Shown here piece after piece: positions 19,475 through 28,830 of a DNA stretch of 56,815 nucleotides; position 1 is the first letter of the stretch, and the number at the start of each line of letters is the position of its first letter. The stretch comes from Candidatus Micrarchaeota archaeon (GTDB taxonomy: Archaea > Micrarchaeota > Micrarchaeia > Micrarchaeales > CABMGC01), in the NCBI GenBank assembly GCA_028867145.1, contig JAGWGX010000004.1, positions 1-56,815 on the forward strand. Reading direction: 5' to 3'. The translations under genes were made by a program, and so were the position numbers. The notes beneath the pieces were generated by a model. The model did no database searches, had not been told where the DNA came from, and saw only the letters and a program-made list of their open reading frames with translations.

Positions 19475-22063
19475 ATGCCAAGCGGCAAGCTCATTGGAAG
19501 CGCAATCGCGGTAGTGCTGCTAACCGCAATCTACTTCGTGTTTCTCTATCCTCAATCAAACGCCTCCCTTAGTTCGAATTTAACCAGCAAGCTCCAGCAA
19601 AGCCAGCTGGCGATACAGCTGACTGACCCGCCGCAGGTTCCCGCGGGGACGCAGGCGCTCATCATCACCTATTCCGGAGTGCAGGTGCACGCGCCTAGCG
19701 TTACCGGGTCGGGGTGGCTCTCGGGCTCAGGAAGCGGCAGCCTAGATTTGCTCTCCCTTGTAAACCTCACCCAGACAATAGCCTCCGCAAACGTTCCCGC
19801 AAATGTGAGCGTGGACATGGTCAGGTTCAATGTCACCTCTGCCGTCATAAAGATAAACAACACAATCTCAAACGTGACCCTTAGTGCAAAAATGCTAACC
19901 GCCAAGGTTTACGGCTCCAAATCAGTCAACGGCTCCACATCAAGCGTGGTGATACAGCTCTCCCCAACGGTTGCGACCATCTTCACTAACACCTCCACGG
20001 TATTTGTGATGGTGCCTTCCCTAAAGGCAGTGGTGGTCCCTCGCGCGAACTCCACCTCGCTGCGCGTTGGGGTGAACGTAAAGCTTGACTCCGTCGTGAA
20101 GCAGCAGTTTATACAGATCGTGCCAAACATCTCCATCACCTCCGCATCCCTGAAGGTGGCCCCTTCTGGCGTTACCCACCTCTCCCTTACCGTCCAAAAT
20201 AACTACAACAAGAGCGTCTTCTTGCAGCGCATCGGGGTCTTTGGAAACGAGAGCGTACAGCTCAACTCTACCGCGGTCCAAAACCAGGTGCAGCTTTTGC
20301 TAAACAACATCACCTCCCACATCCAGAGCAGCGGCTACTGCACGCAGGCTGCATCTACCCAGAGCGTGAACGTCTGCCCTGGAGGGAGCTCCTTTAATTC
20401 CACCACAAACGGATGCTCCTGCCCAAGTGGCCAGCAGTTCAACTCTCACCACGTCTGCCAGCAACTTCAGATCACTACGGGAACCTGCCCTGGAGGAAGC
20501 GTTTTCAATCCCCAGACAAACAGCTGCTCATGCCCAGTGGGCTTCCTCTTTGACTCAAGGAATGTCTGCGTGTACTCCGGAATTCCCTCCCTTAACTCAA
20601 GCTCGCAAAGGTCTGTGAATCCGCCAAACACGATTGTCACAACAACCATCCCCAAGACCAGCTCTACAACAACCGTGCCGCAAAATGCAATAACAACAAC
20701 CATTCCGTCAAATACAATCACAACCACAATTCCGACAAACTCTTCAGCCATCCTCTACATCTCGGCAAACCCCTCAAACGGGTTCGCTGCAATTTCCCCA
20801 GCCCCAGGCCCTCACTATTTCCCCTCAAACACCCAGGTCACTTTGTCTGAGAGCGCATCTAGTGGGTACGTCTTTACCGGGTGGATCGGAAGCGGCAGCG
20901 GCAGCTACACTGGAAACCTGCCTTCGGTGACCATAACCGTCTCCGGCCAAGTGGGAGAGGCTGCAAACTATGCCCCTGCAAACAGCCCGTCCACAGCTGG
21001 CGGCTCGCAAAACACCTCCACCACTTCAATCATACAGTATCCTGTCTCGATTTCAGTAAGCCCTGCAGGTTCAGGTGCAACCTCGCCTTCAGGAACGCAC
21101 TACTACAGCTCCGGACTCTCGCTCACAATGGGAGAGGCGGCGATAGGCAACTACGTATTTGTCGGATGGATAGGATCAGGAAGCGGGAGCTACACCGGGA
21201 ACACTCCAACCCCAACCATAACCGTCTCAAACGCAATAAGTGAGGTAGCGTACTTTGCGCTTCCATCCTCCGCGGGCACGCATGTGCCGCCAATACAGCA
21301 GCAGGCGGCAACCGGAACGCAGTTCCAGTGCACCTCCTCATCCGACTCGCTTTCATGCACGACACAGTTTAGCGGCGGGCAGGGGAAGTGCGTATACTCA
21401 TTTGCGAGCGGGATATTCTCATGCACCTCCTCCTTTGGCCAGAGCATACAGTCTAAGTGCACGTTTAGCAACAATCTTCTGAGCTGCCAGGACAGCGGGT
21501 TCAACTGCAACTACCAGCAGAGCACCGGCACGCTATCGTGCCTCTCCGCATACGCCTCAGCCTCAGGTGTCACCTCCACTGCTTCGGGTTCAACATCCAC
21601 ACCAAGTGCAGGAACATCAACTACCCAGTTTGGCTCTGACCTTGCATCAGCAGTCAAGTCCGCTGCCTCTTCAGGCAGATTCTCCACTGGGACCACAATC
21701 CAGATTAACAGCACGCTTTGCACCCCTGCTGGAATCTCCGCTTTCAGGCAGCAGCTTACAAACCAGATGCAGTCCGCGGCAGCGCGCACAAGGGACGAGC
21801 AGGGGCACCAGGGCCTTCTCATGTTCTCCATAAATGCTGATCAGACGCTTTCAATACCAAGGAGCCAGGCGCAGTTTACAAGCTCCGGAATTACCCTGCA
21901 GCCTGGCCAGTCAATCACGCTTTCATACGATGGGCTTTTCTCAATCTCGCAGGCGGGCTTCACATTCAGCCCGATTGCAGGGACAATCTACAAGGTGGGA
22001 GCAGAGAGCCAGGAGGGTGCAAGGGGATTCTTGAATGTGACCGCAGCCTCCTCTTCCAGCTAA
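19475..22063 (+). CDS. Large modular cell-surface protein (DUF4382-like N-domain, Cys-rich repeats, Thr linker, two B-repeat/Flg_new-like domains)
   Basis: N-terminal TM, LTDPPQVP motif, 2x CPGGS.FN..TN.CSCP.G..F.S..VC, TTTIP repeats, 2x YVF.GWIGSGSGSYTGN. Confidence 0.85.
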   Translation: MPSGKLIGSAIAVVLLTAIYFVFLYPQSNASLSSNLTSKLQQSQLAIQLTDPPQVPAGTQALIITYSGVQVHAPSVTGSGWLSGSGSGSLDLLSLVNLTQTIASANVPANVSVDMVRFNVTSAVIKINNTISNVTLSAKMLTAKVYGSKSVNGSTSSVVIQLSPTVATIFTNTSTVFVMVPSLKAVVVPRANSTSLRVGVNVKLDSVVKQQFIQIVPNISITSASLKVAPSGVTHLSLTVQNNYNKSVFLQRIGVFGNESVQLNSTAVQNQVQLLLNNITSHIQSSGYCTQAASTQSVNVCPGGSSFNSTTNGCSCPSGQQFNSHHVCQQLQITTGTCPGGSVFNPQTNSCSCPVGFLFDSRNVCVYSGIPSLNSSSQRSVNPPNTIVTTTIPKTSSTTTVPQNAITTTIPSNTITTTIPTNSSAILYISANPSNGFAAISPAPGPHYFPSNTQVTLSESASSGYVFTGWIGSGSGSYTGNLPSVTITVSGQVGEAANYAPANSPSTAGGSQNTSTTSIIQYPVSISVSPAGSGATSPSGTHYYSSGLSLTMGEAAIGNYVFVGWIGSGSGSYTGNTPTPTITVSNAISEVAYFALPSSAGTHVPPIQQQAATGTQFQCTSSSDSLSCTTQFSGGQGKCVYSFASGIFSCTSSFGQSIQSKCTFSNNLLSCQDSGFNCNYQQSTGTLSCLSAYASASGVTSTASGSTSTPSAGTSTTQFGSDLASAVKSAASSGRFSTGTTIQINSTLCTPAGISAFRQQLTNQMQSAAARTRDEQGHQGLLMFSINADQTLSIPRSQAQFTSSGITLQPGQSITLSYDGLFSISQAGFTFSPIAGTIYKVGAESQEGARGFLNVTAASSSS

Positions 22064-22135
22064 TTTGAGGGCTCTCGCAACCTAGGGCTTCACCAATAAT
22101 CAATATAAATATAAACAAACACAAGTAGTAGGCAT

Positions 22136-22261
22136 GCCAGGGTGGCAGAATCCGGTAACGCGCCGGTCTTGAGATAATTTTCAAGAGCTGATCTTCGGAG
22201 ATGATGCGACAAGCAAACCGGTGCCCTCACGGGCTTTAGGGTTCAAATCCCTACCCTGGCG
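22136..22261 (+). tRNA. tRNA-Ser(UGA) with a 42-nt intron at canonical position 37/38 (22174-22215)
   Basis: Acceptor GCCAGGG/CCCTGGC with G73, long variable arm, anticodon stem CCGGT/ACCGG; BHB with central helix CTTG/CAAG and bulges AGA and CAA. Confidence 0.93.
22174..22215 (+). ncRNA. Putative intron-encoded minimal box C/D guide RNA (K-turn) targeting U34 of the host tRNA
   Basis: Guide TTTTCAAGA (22178-22186), D box CTGA (22188-22191), TC-TTCG-GA hairpin, GAT bulge, C-like box ATGATGC (22201-22207). Confidence 0.7.
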
Positions 22262-22334
22262 AACCTACTGAAAAAAGAGACGTTCACTGATGAGCGTATA
22301 AATAACCCGAGCCGCGAAGCGCATAGTGGATTAT

Positions 22335-23090
22335 ATGATTTACAAGGAGCAGTTCGTCTTAATTGCCAAGGAGGCAGGAATAAATCTGCGCGAGATGTTT
22401 CGAAACGGTGAGGACACCGCGGCTGTAAAGAAAAAGGAGGGAATGAGCCCTGCGATCGCAGCAGACATCAAGACCGAGAGGTTCATACTAGACGCCATAA
22501 GGAAAACAGGATTCTCCGGCACCGTGCTAAGCGAGGAGGCGGGCTTGGTGAGGTTTGGAAACGGGACGATGGTGATTCACCTAGATCCTGTGGACGGCAG
22601 CCGCAACTACATGCACGGGATACCACACTACTGCATCTCAATTGGAGTTACAGAAGAGGGTAAACTCGTTTTAGGTGTGGTCTACAATCCAAACACTGAT
22701 GAGCTCTTCGTTGCAGATGGCGAGACAAGCTTCACAATAAACGGCAAAAGGGCTCCAATTTATCCAAATAAGGAGGTGCTGATCGTATCAGCGACCGACA
22801 AGGAAGAGCTCCACAAGCTGACATCAAATGCGGCAAATCGCGACATAAAGGTGAGGTTCGGCGGCTCCGCAGCCCTGGACCTGTGCTACGTCGCTGCAAG
22901 AAGATTCGACGCCGCAGTAATCACAAAGATATCGCCCCACGATATAGCAGCAGGGCTACTAATTGCAAAAAGGTCCGGAGCCATAATAAGAGATATTGAC
23001 TCTAGAGAGGAGGCGACAATAAACAGCAGGAACCTGATAGCAGCGTCGAGCGAAAAGCTGCTTCAAAGAATTATTGAAATAATAAGGTAA
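22335..23090 (+). CDS. Inositol monophosphatase / FBPase family protein
   Basis: LSEE, LDPVDGSRNY, GSAALDLCYVA, HDIAAG. Confidence 0.9.
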   Translation: MIYKEQFVLIAKEAGINLREMFRNGEDTAAVKKKEGMSPAIAADIKTERFILDAIRKTGFSGTVLSEEAGLVRFGNGTMVIHLDPVDGSRNYMHGIPHYCISIGVTEEGKLVLGVVYNPNTDELFVADGETSFTINGKRAPIYPNKEVLIVSATDKEELHKLTSNAANRDIKVRFGGSAALDLCYVAARRFDAAVITKISPHDIAAGLLIAKRSGAIIRDIDSREEATINSRNLIAASSEKLLQRIIEIIR

Positions 23091-23140
23091 GCTTGCGGTG
23101 GTATTAAATCCCTTAGCTGGGAATATTCTCTGGGGGCATC

Positions 23141-24856
23141 ATGGGGGCAGATTACATCCTTCCCTTTCACGAAGGTGACAAGGGATCGGTTGTGGAGCAG
23201 TTTAGCGATGAAGAGGTAGCGCTGCTTGGAAACAACGTCACGAATTTTGACAGCAATATTTTTGCATGGCGAATATCGGATGAGTTCACCCCTGAACAGG
23301 CGGGAGCGCTTCTCTCAAGGTACAGCAGGACGGCGCTCACAAGCAGGAGGCTCTACCTAAAGGAGTTCTATCCCAACAAGAGCAGGGGCAGGGAGTTCTT
23401 TGACGCATGGCTCGTCGACTACGGGGACGACTCAATACAGGAGATGGTGGGCGGCCTTCCGGTCTCGTGCGAGTACGTCTCAAATCTTGCTGTGAAGGAG
23501 ATTGAGGACTGCAGGCTTGGATCCTACATAGAAAAATCAACAAGGTACGTTGCATTTGACAGGAAGCTCCCAAATAATGAGTTCATGTTCTACAAGGACC
23601 CTGACATTTTGGGATCAAAGCACGCAGATAGGTATCTTGCTCTAATGAACGGACTCTTCGGCTCTTACTCGGGCCACATGGAGAAGATGATGAAGTACAT
23701 CAGCGACACAAACAGGATTGATGAGATTGGATTTAGGATCGGAAGCAAGGTCGTAAGGATTACCGAGTTCAACAAGGCGCTTGAGGACGAGTCAGGAATA
23801 ACCGAGCAGGACCTTCGAAACTCCTACAACAATGCAATCAAGGCAAACGCGCTTGACTTCTTGCGAGATTACCTTCCGATGTCAACGCTCACCCATGTTG
23901 GGTGCAGCATGGACGCAAGGTCGTACGAGAACATGCTAAACAAGATGATGGCCTCGCCGCTTAGCGAGTCGAGATTCATCGCATCAAGGCTCTCAGGGGA
24001 ATTAAAGAAAGTGGTTCCATCACTTGTGAAAAGAGTTCACGACCAAAATGGCGCGGCTCTCCAATCACTTTACAAAGAAAGGATGGGAAATGCGCTCCAC
24101 CTTGTCTCGCAGCTCTCAAAGGGGCTTGTCTCAAACGAGGAGAGTGTCTCCCTTATCGAGTACACAGGCGAAAATGCAAAGAATTCTGAGGAGGCGCTTC
24201 AAATCAAGCTCGCCTCAATTATCATCTACAAGTTTGCGCGCGGAACAAGCATGAGGCAGGCGATAGAAAAGGCGACTACGATGAGTGAGACGGACAGGAA
24301 GGTGCTAATCAGCGCATATGTGGGGAAGAGAACAAACAGGAGGCACAAGCCAGGGCGCGCATTTGAGAATATCGATTACACATTTGACCTAAACGGAAGG
24401 ATTGGAATCTACAGGGACATACAAAGGCACAGAATCGGTACGCAGGAGAGGCAGAACTTCGGCGTTGAGCTTGGCTATGACATAAGGCAGGCGTACAAGG
24501 ATGTCGGGATAGACGATGATTACAAGGCGAAGATGGGCGAGGTTATTGACCTTTACAATGCACTCCTACCTACCCATCCGTACCAGGCGCAGTACTGCGT
24601 CACCTTCGGATTCAACATCCGCTGGTACTACAAGCTAAATGCAAGGCAGCTCTATCACCTATGCGAATTGAGGTCGACGCACCAGGGGCACCCCGACTAT
24701 CGCAAGCTCGTGCAGGACATGGCTATGAAGGTAAAGGCAGTCCACCCTACGATAATCGAGCACATGAACTACCTTGACATGAGCGAGAAGACGCTTGGCA
24801 GGCTCGACTCGGAAATCAGGATGGCGGTGAAGAAAAGCCAGCTGCCCAAACTATAA
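23141..24856 (+). CDS. thyX: FAD-dependent thymidylate synthase, long tandem-domain form
   Basis: SRYSR, YGDDSI, EKSTRY, RDIQRHR, N.RQLYHLCELRS..QGHPDYR. Confidence 0.88.
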   Translation: MGADYILPFHEGDKGSVVEQFSDEEVALLGNNVTNFDSNIFAWRISDEFTPEQAGALLSRYSRTALTSRRLYLKEFYPNKSRGREFFDAWLVDYGDDSIQEMVGGLPVSCEYVSNLAVKEIEDCRLGSYIEKSTRYVAFDRKLPNNEFMFYKDPDILGSKHADRYLALMNGLFGSYSGHMEKMMKYISDTNRIDEIGFRIGSKVVRITEFNKALEDESGITEQDLRNSYNNAIKANALDFLRDYLPMSTLTHVGCSMDARSYENMLNKMMASPLSESRFIASRLSGELKKVVPSLVKRVHDQNGAALQSLYKERMGNALHLVSQLSKGLVSNEESVSLIEYTGENAKNSEEALQIKLASIIIYKFARGTSMRQAIEKATTMSETDRKVLISAYVGKRTNRRHKPGRAFENIDYTFDLNGRIGIYRDIQRHRIGTQERQNFGVELGYDIRQAYKDVGIDDDYKAKMGEVIDLYNALLPTHPYQAQYCVTFGFNIRWYYKLNARQLYHLCELRSTHQGHPDYRKLVQDMAMKVKAVHPTIIEHMNYLDMSEKTLGRLDSEIRMAVKKSQLPKL

Positions 24857-26200
24857 AGACATCTCGGGATAAAGTGGAAATCTTGAGCAAAGATCAAGCA
24901 CCTTAAGATTTATTTCCTTTATCCTAAGATTATTTTTCATCTCCTCCCTGAACTCTGCAACTGCCTCCGCGCGCTTTTCCTTTTCTACCGGTAGTTCTCT
25001 ATCTACTATTAAGTTAATTGCCTCGAATATATACTGTGCGATAAGTCTCATCTCATCCTGTTTCATTCCCCTTGAGGTTATTGCAGGCGTTCCTATCCTA
25101 ATCCCGCTTGGATAGAACGGGCTCGCTGGCTCCGCCGGCACTGTGTTCTTGTTGCAAACTATCCCTGCAAGGTCAAGTGCGTCCTGCGCAAACGCGCCCT
25201 TGCCCGGCCCGTATTTTTTGGAGAGGTCGATTAGTATCAGATGGTTGTCAGTTCCACCTGTGACGATGCTAAGTCCCCTCTTTACGAGCTCATCGCTAAG
25301 CGTCTTTGCGTTCTTCACGACCTGCGCTGCGTACTCCTTGAACTCAGGCTGGGATGCCTCAAGGAGAGCGACTGCAAGCGCAGCCGTTGTGTTATCATGA
25401 GGTCCACCCTGGAGCCCTGGGAAGACCGTCTTATCAATCATGTTTCCAAGATCCGGATTTTTCCTTAGCCCCTTCTCTGTGACCATTATCATCGCGCCCC
25501 GCGGACCCCTTAGCGTCTTGTGAGTTGTTGTAGTCACAATGTGGACATAATTTACCGGACTCTCATGCGCTCCGCCTGCAACAAGCCCTGCAATATGCGC
25601 GATGTCAGAGACGAGATATGCTCCTACTTCATCTGCGATCTGCGCGAATTCGGCAAAAGGAAGTGCTCTTGCATATGCGGTTGCGCCAATCCAGATAAGT
25701 TTTGGCTTGTGCTCATGCGCAAGTCTCCTTACCTCCTCAATATCGATGTATCCGTCAGGCTTTACATGGTACGCAACGCTGTTGAAGAATTGGCCCGTCA
25801 CGCTCGCCTTGAATCCATGTGTAAGATGCCCTCCATCTTGTAGATTCAGCCCCATTATCGTATCGCCAGGGCTGCAGATGGTTGCGTAAACAGCAAAATT
25901 GGCGGGAGAGCCCGAGTATGGCTGGACGTTTGCATGCGGAACCTTGAAGAGTGCCTTTGCCCTCTCTATTGCAAGATTCTCAACAACATCGATGAACTGG
26001 TTGCCACCATAGTATCTCTTTCCAGGATAGCCCTCTGAATACTTGTTTGTGAGGACTGAGCCAAGCGCCCTTATCACATTTATGCTCGCAAAATTCTCCG
26101 AGGGAATCATCTCAAGCGTGTCCCTTTGCCTCTTTAGCTCATTTTTCATTGCTTCCGCAAGCGCAGGATCTACTCTCTCTAAGAAATCAAACTCCCGCAT
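24851..26200 (-). CDS. glyA: Serine hydroxymethyltransferase (bacterial-type)
   Basis: SENF, NKYSEGYPGKRYYGG, GGHLTHG, TTTTHKTLRGPRG, VFPGLQGGP. Confidence 0.97.
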   Translation of the reverse strand: MREFDFLERVDPALAEAMKNELKRQRDTLEMIPSENFASINVIRALGSVLTNKYSEGYPGKRYYGGNQFIDVVENLAIERAKALFKVPHANVQPYSGSPANFAVYATICSPGDTIMGLNLQDGGHLTHGFKASVTGQFFNSVAYHVKPDGYIDIEEVRRLAHEHKPKLIWIGATAYARALPFAEFAQIADEVGAYLVSDIAHIAGLVAGGAHESPVNYVHIVTTTTHKTLRGPRGAMIMVTEKGLRKNPDLGNMIDKTVFPGLQGGPHDNTTAALAVALLEASQPEFKEYAAQVVKNAKTLSDELVKRGLSIVTGGTDNHLILIDLSKKYGPGKGAFAQDALDLAGIVCNKNTVPAEPASPFYPSGIRIGTPAITSRGMKQDEMRLIAQYIFEAINLIVDRELPVEKEKRAEAVAEFREEMKNNLRIKEINLKVLDLCSRFPLYPEMSL

Positions 26201-26299
26201 TTCTTCCCCCTACTAGATGTGCACGTCAAAGAATAAATTGGTTTCCAAAGTGGCAAAACCTTTATATTTTGCAAAAGGAATACTACGCTAGGGGGTTAG

Positions 26300-26932
26300 T
26301 TGTCATCGCAGAAAGTTAAGTCTGGCAAGTACGTGGTAGTTGAGGGGCTTGAAGGCTCGGGAAAGAGCACGCAGATAAAGCTGCTTCAAGATGAGCTAAG
26401 AAAGAAGGGCGAAGATTGCATTTTCATAAAGGAGCCAGACTATGAGAACCGGATAGGGAGCTTCATCAAGCAGGAGCTAACAAACAAGCAGAACCCGCTT
26501 GACATCATTGCACTTCAGTTCACCTTTGTGGCGGCAAGGTTCGAGCAGTTTGCAAAGGTGACCGCACCTGCGCTAAGCGACGGAAAAAGCGTCATAAGCG
26601 ATAGGAACTGGTTCTCGACCGCGACGCACGTGGCGGCATTTGCCCCAAAGCCCTACTCCGATCTTATCTGGATTGCAAATGTGCACAGCAAGCTCCCGCT
26701 TCCCGATGCCGTTTTCTACATAGGTGTTCCACCGGAGGTGGCAAGCCAGAGAATAAACTCAAGGGGTGACCAGAAGAGGAGATTCGACAGCCTAGATGGC
26801 TTAATTGCCCTTGAAAATGCCTACATTGAGCTCTCAAAGCTCTATCCGAAAATCTGGCACAGGCTAAATGGCAATCAGAGTGCGGAGAAGGTTCACGCTG
26901 AGCTCCTTGCAGGCTGGGAGAGGATAAGATAA
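26300..26932 (+). CDS. tmk: Thymidylate kinase
   Basis: VVEGLEGSGKSTQ, KEP, VISDR; TTG start. Confidence 0.92.
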   Translation: MSSQKVKSGKYVVVEGLEGSGKSTQIKLLQDELRKKGEDCIFIKEPDYENRIGSFIKQELTNKQNPLDIIALQFTFVAARFEQFAKVTAPALSDGKSVISDRNWFSTATHVAAFAPKPYSDLIWIANVHSKLPLPDAVFYIGVPPEVASQRINSRGDQKRRFDSLDGLIALENAYIELSKLYPKIWHRLNGNQSAEKVHAELLAGWERIR

Positions 26933-26944
26933 AATAGGGATTAA

Positions 26945-27259
26945 ATGAACTTTGAAGAATACCAAAACGAGGCAAAGAAGACGGCGATATACAAGCAGGA
27001 GTACAAGGTCACATATCCAGTTCTTGGGCTGTGCGGGGAGGCCGGCGAGCTTGCAAACAAGCACAAGAAGACGATAAGGGATGGCAAGGAGATAAACATC
27101 GAGGACGCAGAAGGGGAGCTTGGCGACATTCTCTGGTACGTTTCGCAAGTCGCAACAGACATGGGCATCTCTCTTGATAAGGTGGCGCAAAAGAACATCG
27201 CAAAGCTAAGGAGCAGGCAGGAGAGGGGAGTTTTGCAGGGAAGCGGCGACAACAGGTAA
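26945..27259 (+). CDS. MazG-like NTP pyrophosphohydrolase
   Basis: LGLCGEAGE, ELGDILWY, NIAKLRSRQERGVLQGSGDNR. Confidence 0.9.
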   Translation: MNFEEYQNEAKKTAIYKQEYKVTYPVLGLCGEAGELANKHKKTIRDGKEINIEDAEGELGDILWYVSQVATDMGISLDKVAQKNIAKLRSRQERGVLQGSGDNR

Positions 27260-27281
27260 TAAGGGAAACTCGGCTGATCGG

Positions 27282-28151
27282 ATGCTAGGTTACGGCATAA
27301 TTGCTGCGCTGCTCAGCCTATTCTTCTTCTCAATTGGGGACACGCTCTCCAAGCATGTCTCGGAAAAGCTTGGCAACAAGGCATCTGCTACGATAATAGT
27401 GGGGGCCGGAATAATCCCTCTGGGCCTCTCTATTTTTCTAATCCAGCCAAATGTTCTTGACCTAAATGTCCTGCTCCTCTCCACGCTTGCAGGGGCATTT
27501 ACCGCAATCGGATTCCTCTTGGTCTTTAAGTCCCTTGAGACCCAGCAGGTAACAAACACCCTTGCGCTTGTCAATTTGCAGTACGCGGTCATAATACTCT
27601 TCGGGATTCTCGCGCTTTCCGAGTCAGTTAGCGCCTCGCAGTATCTGGGACTCATCCTGATCTTCCTGGGCGCCCTTCTTGTCACGCTGACCAGGGGCTT
27701 TAGGCTAAACCTGATGCTGGTTCCTGCAATTCTTGGGATGATCTTCTGGGGTCTTGACATAATAGTCGTGGTCTACGGGCTCACCATTTATCACAACTCA
27801 ACAACGATCCTCTTTTTCTTTGCAAGGGCAACAGGCGCCGCCTTCCTTCTTGCATATCTGCTGTATTCCTTAAGGGGAGCAGGCACAAGCGGAGTAGCTC
27901 AGAGGCCCAAAGTTTCCACCAGGTATTTTTTCATAGGGCTTGCGGCGGGCATAGCTGACGGTATTGCGATACTGCTAATCACCTTTGTTACCCTCTACAA
28001 TACAGTGGCGCTGGGCGGGGCAATACTAGCACTTGAGCCGATACTGATCACCATCTACGGATACCTCTTTTACAAGGACAGGCTCCTCCCTCTTCAGCTT
28101 GTCGGCGTTGCAATAGCGGTTGTGGGGGGAATACTGCTAAATCTCGCCTAA
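27282..28151 (+). CDS. EamA/DMT family transporter
   Basis: About 10 TM helices in two repeats with L.E/KD.L motifs. Confidence 0.85.
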   Translation: MLGYGIIAALLSLFFFSIGDTLSKHVSEKLGNKASATIIVGAGIIPLGLSIFLIQPNVLDLNVLLLSTLAGAFTAIGFLLVFKSLETQQVTNTLALVNLQYAVIILFGILALSESVSASQYLGLILIFLGALLVTLTRGFRLNLMLVPAILGMIFWGLDIIVVVYGLTIYHNSTTILFFFARATGAAFLLAYLLYSLRGAGTSGVAQRPKVSTRYFFIGLAAGIADGIAILLITFVTLYNTVALGGAILALEPILITIYGYLFYKDRLLPLQLVGVAIAVVGGILLNLA

Positions 28152-28202
28152 GGGTGCGAAAGGCTTTAATTGTAGAATGTGCAATAACACTATAGTGGTA
28201 TT

Positions 28203-28820
28203 ATGGACATCGTCTGGACAATCGGGGGCATTATAGTAATAGTAATTTTGGCGGTAATCGCAATCTTCAACGGCTTCATCTCAAAGAGGAACCGCGTCCA
28301 GGACGCATGGGCCCAAATTGATGTCCAGCTAAAGAGGAGATACGACCTGATTCCAAACCTTGTCGCAACAGTCAAGGGCTACAAGAAGTACGAGGCGAGC
28401 GTGCTAACGCAGGTCACAAAGCTAAGGAGCTCGATAGTCTCAGGCTCGGTCGAGGACAAGGCAGCGGCGAACAACAAGCTCAGCCAGGCGCTAAAGAGCA
28501 TCTTCGCGGTTGCGGAGAACTATCCAGACCTAAAAGCCTCGGAGAACTTCAAGGCGCTTCAGGACCAGCTTGAGACAACAGAGGACAAGATCTCATTTGT
28601 CAGGACCTCATACAACGACTATGTGCTTGACTACAACAACGCGCTTCAGCAGTTCCCGGGAAACTTCCTTGCAGGAATCTTCAACTTCACCAAGGCAGCA
28701 TTCTTCCAAACTCCGGATGAGGAGAGAAAGCCAGTTAAGGTAGATTTTGACGATGAAGAGACTCCAAAACCTTCAAGGGCCTCAAAGACTGCAAAGAACA
28801 CCAAGAAGGGAAGAAAGTAA
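28203..28820 (+). CDS. lemA: LemA family protein
   Basis: AWAQIDVQLKRRYDLIPNLV, AVAENYPDLKAS. Confidence 0.95.
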   Translation: MDIVWTIGGIIVIVILAVIAIFNGFISKRNRVQDAWAQIDVQLKRRYDLIPNLVATVKGYKKYEASVLTQVTKLRSSIVSGSVEDKAAANNKLSQALKSIFAVAENYPDLKASENFKALQDQLETTEDKISFVRTSYNDYVLDYNNALQQFPGNFLAGIFNFTKAAFFQTPDEERKPVKVDFDDEETPKPSRASKTAKNTKKGRK

Positions 28821-28830
28821 GTTGAGTTAA

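Noticed and set aside
17115-22261. Integrated element bounded by tRNA-Glu and tRNA-Ser
   Set aside because: No integrase, no duplicated tRNA 3' end and no viral or plasmid genes were seen.
22278-22332. Hammerhead-like CTGATGAG...CGAAG downstream of tRNA-Ser(UGA)
   Set aside because: GAAA is GAAG, no stem III or NUH cleavage site can be built, and the segment contains a TATA-like TATAAATA that likely serves the downstream gene.
26201-26299. Possible NrdR boxes in the glyA/tmk divergent region
   Set aside because: Only partial matches lacking the conserved C, and no correctly spaced pair.
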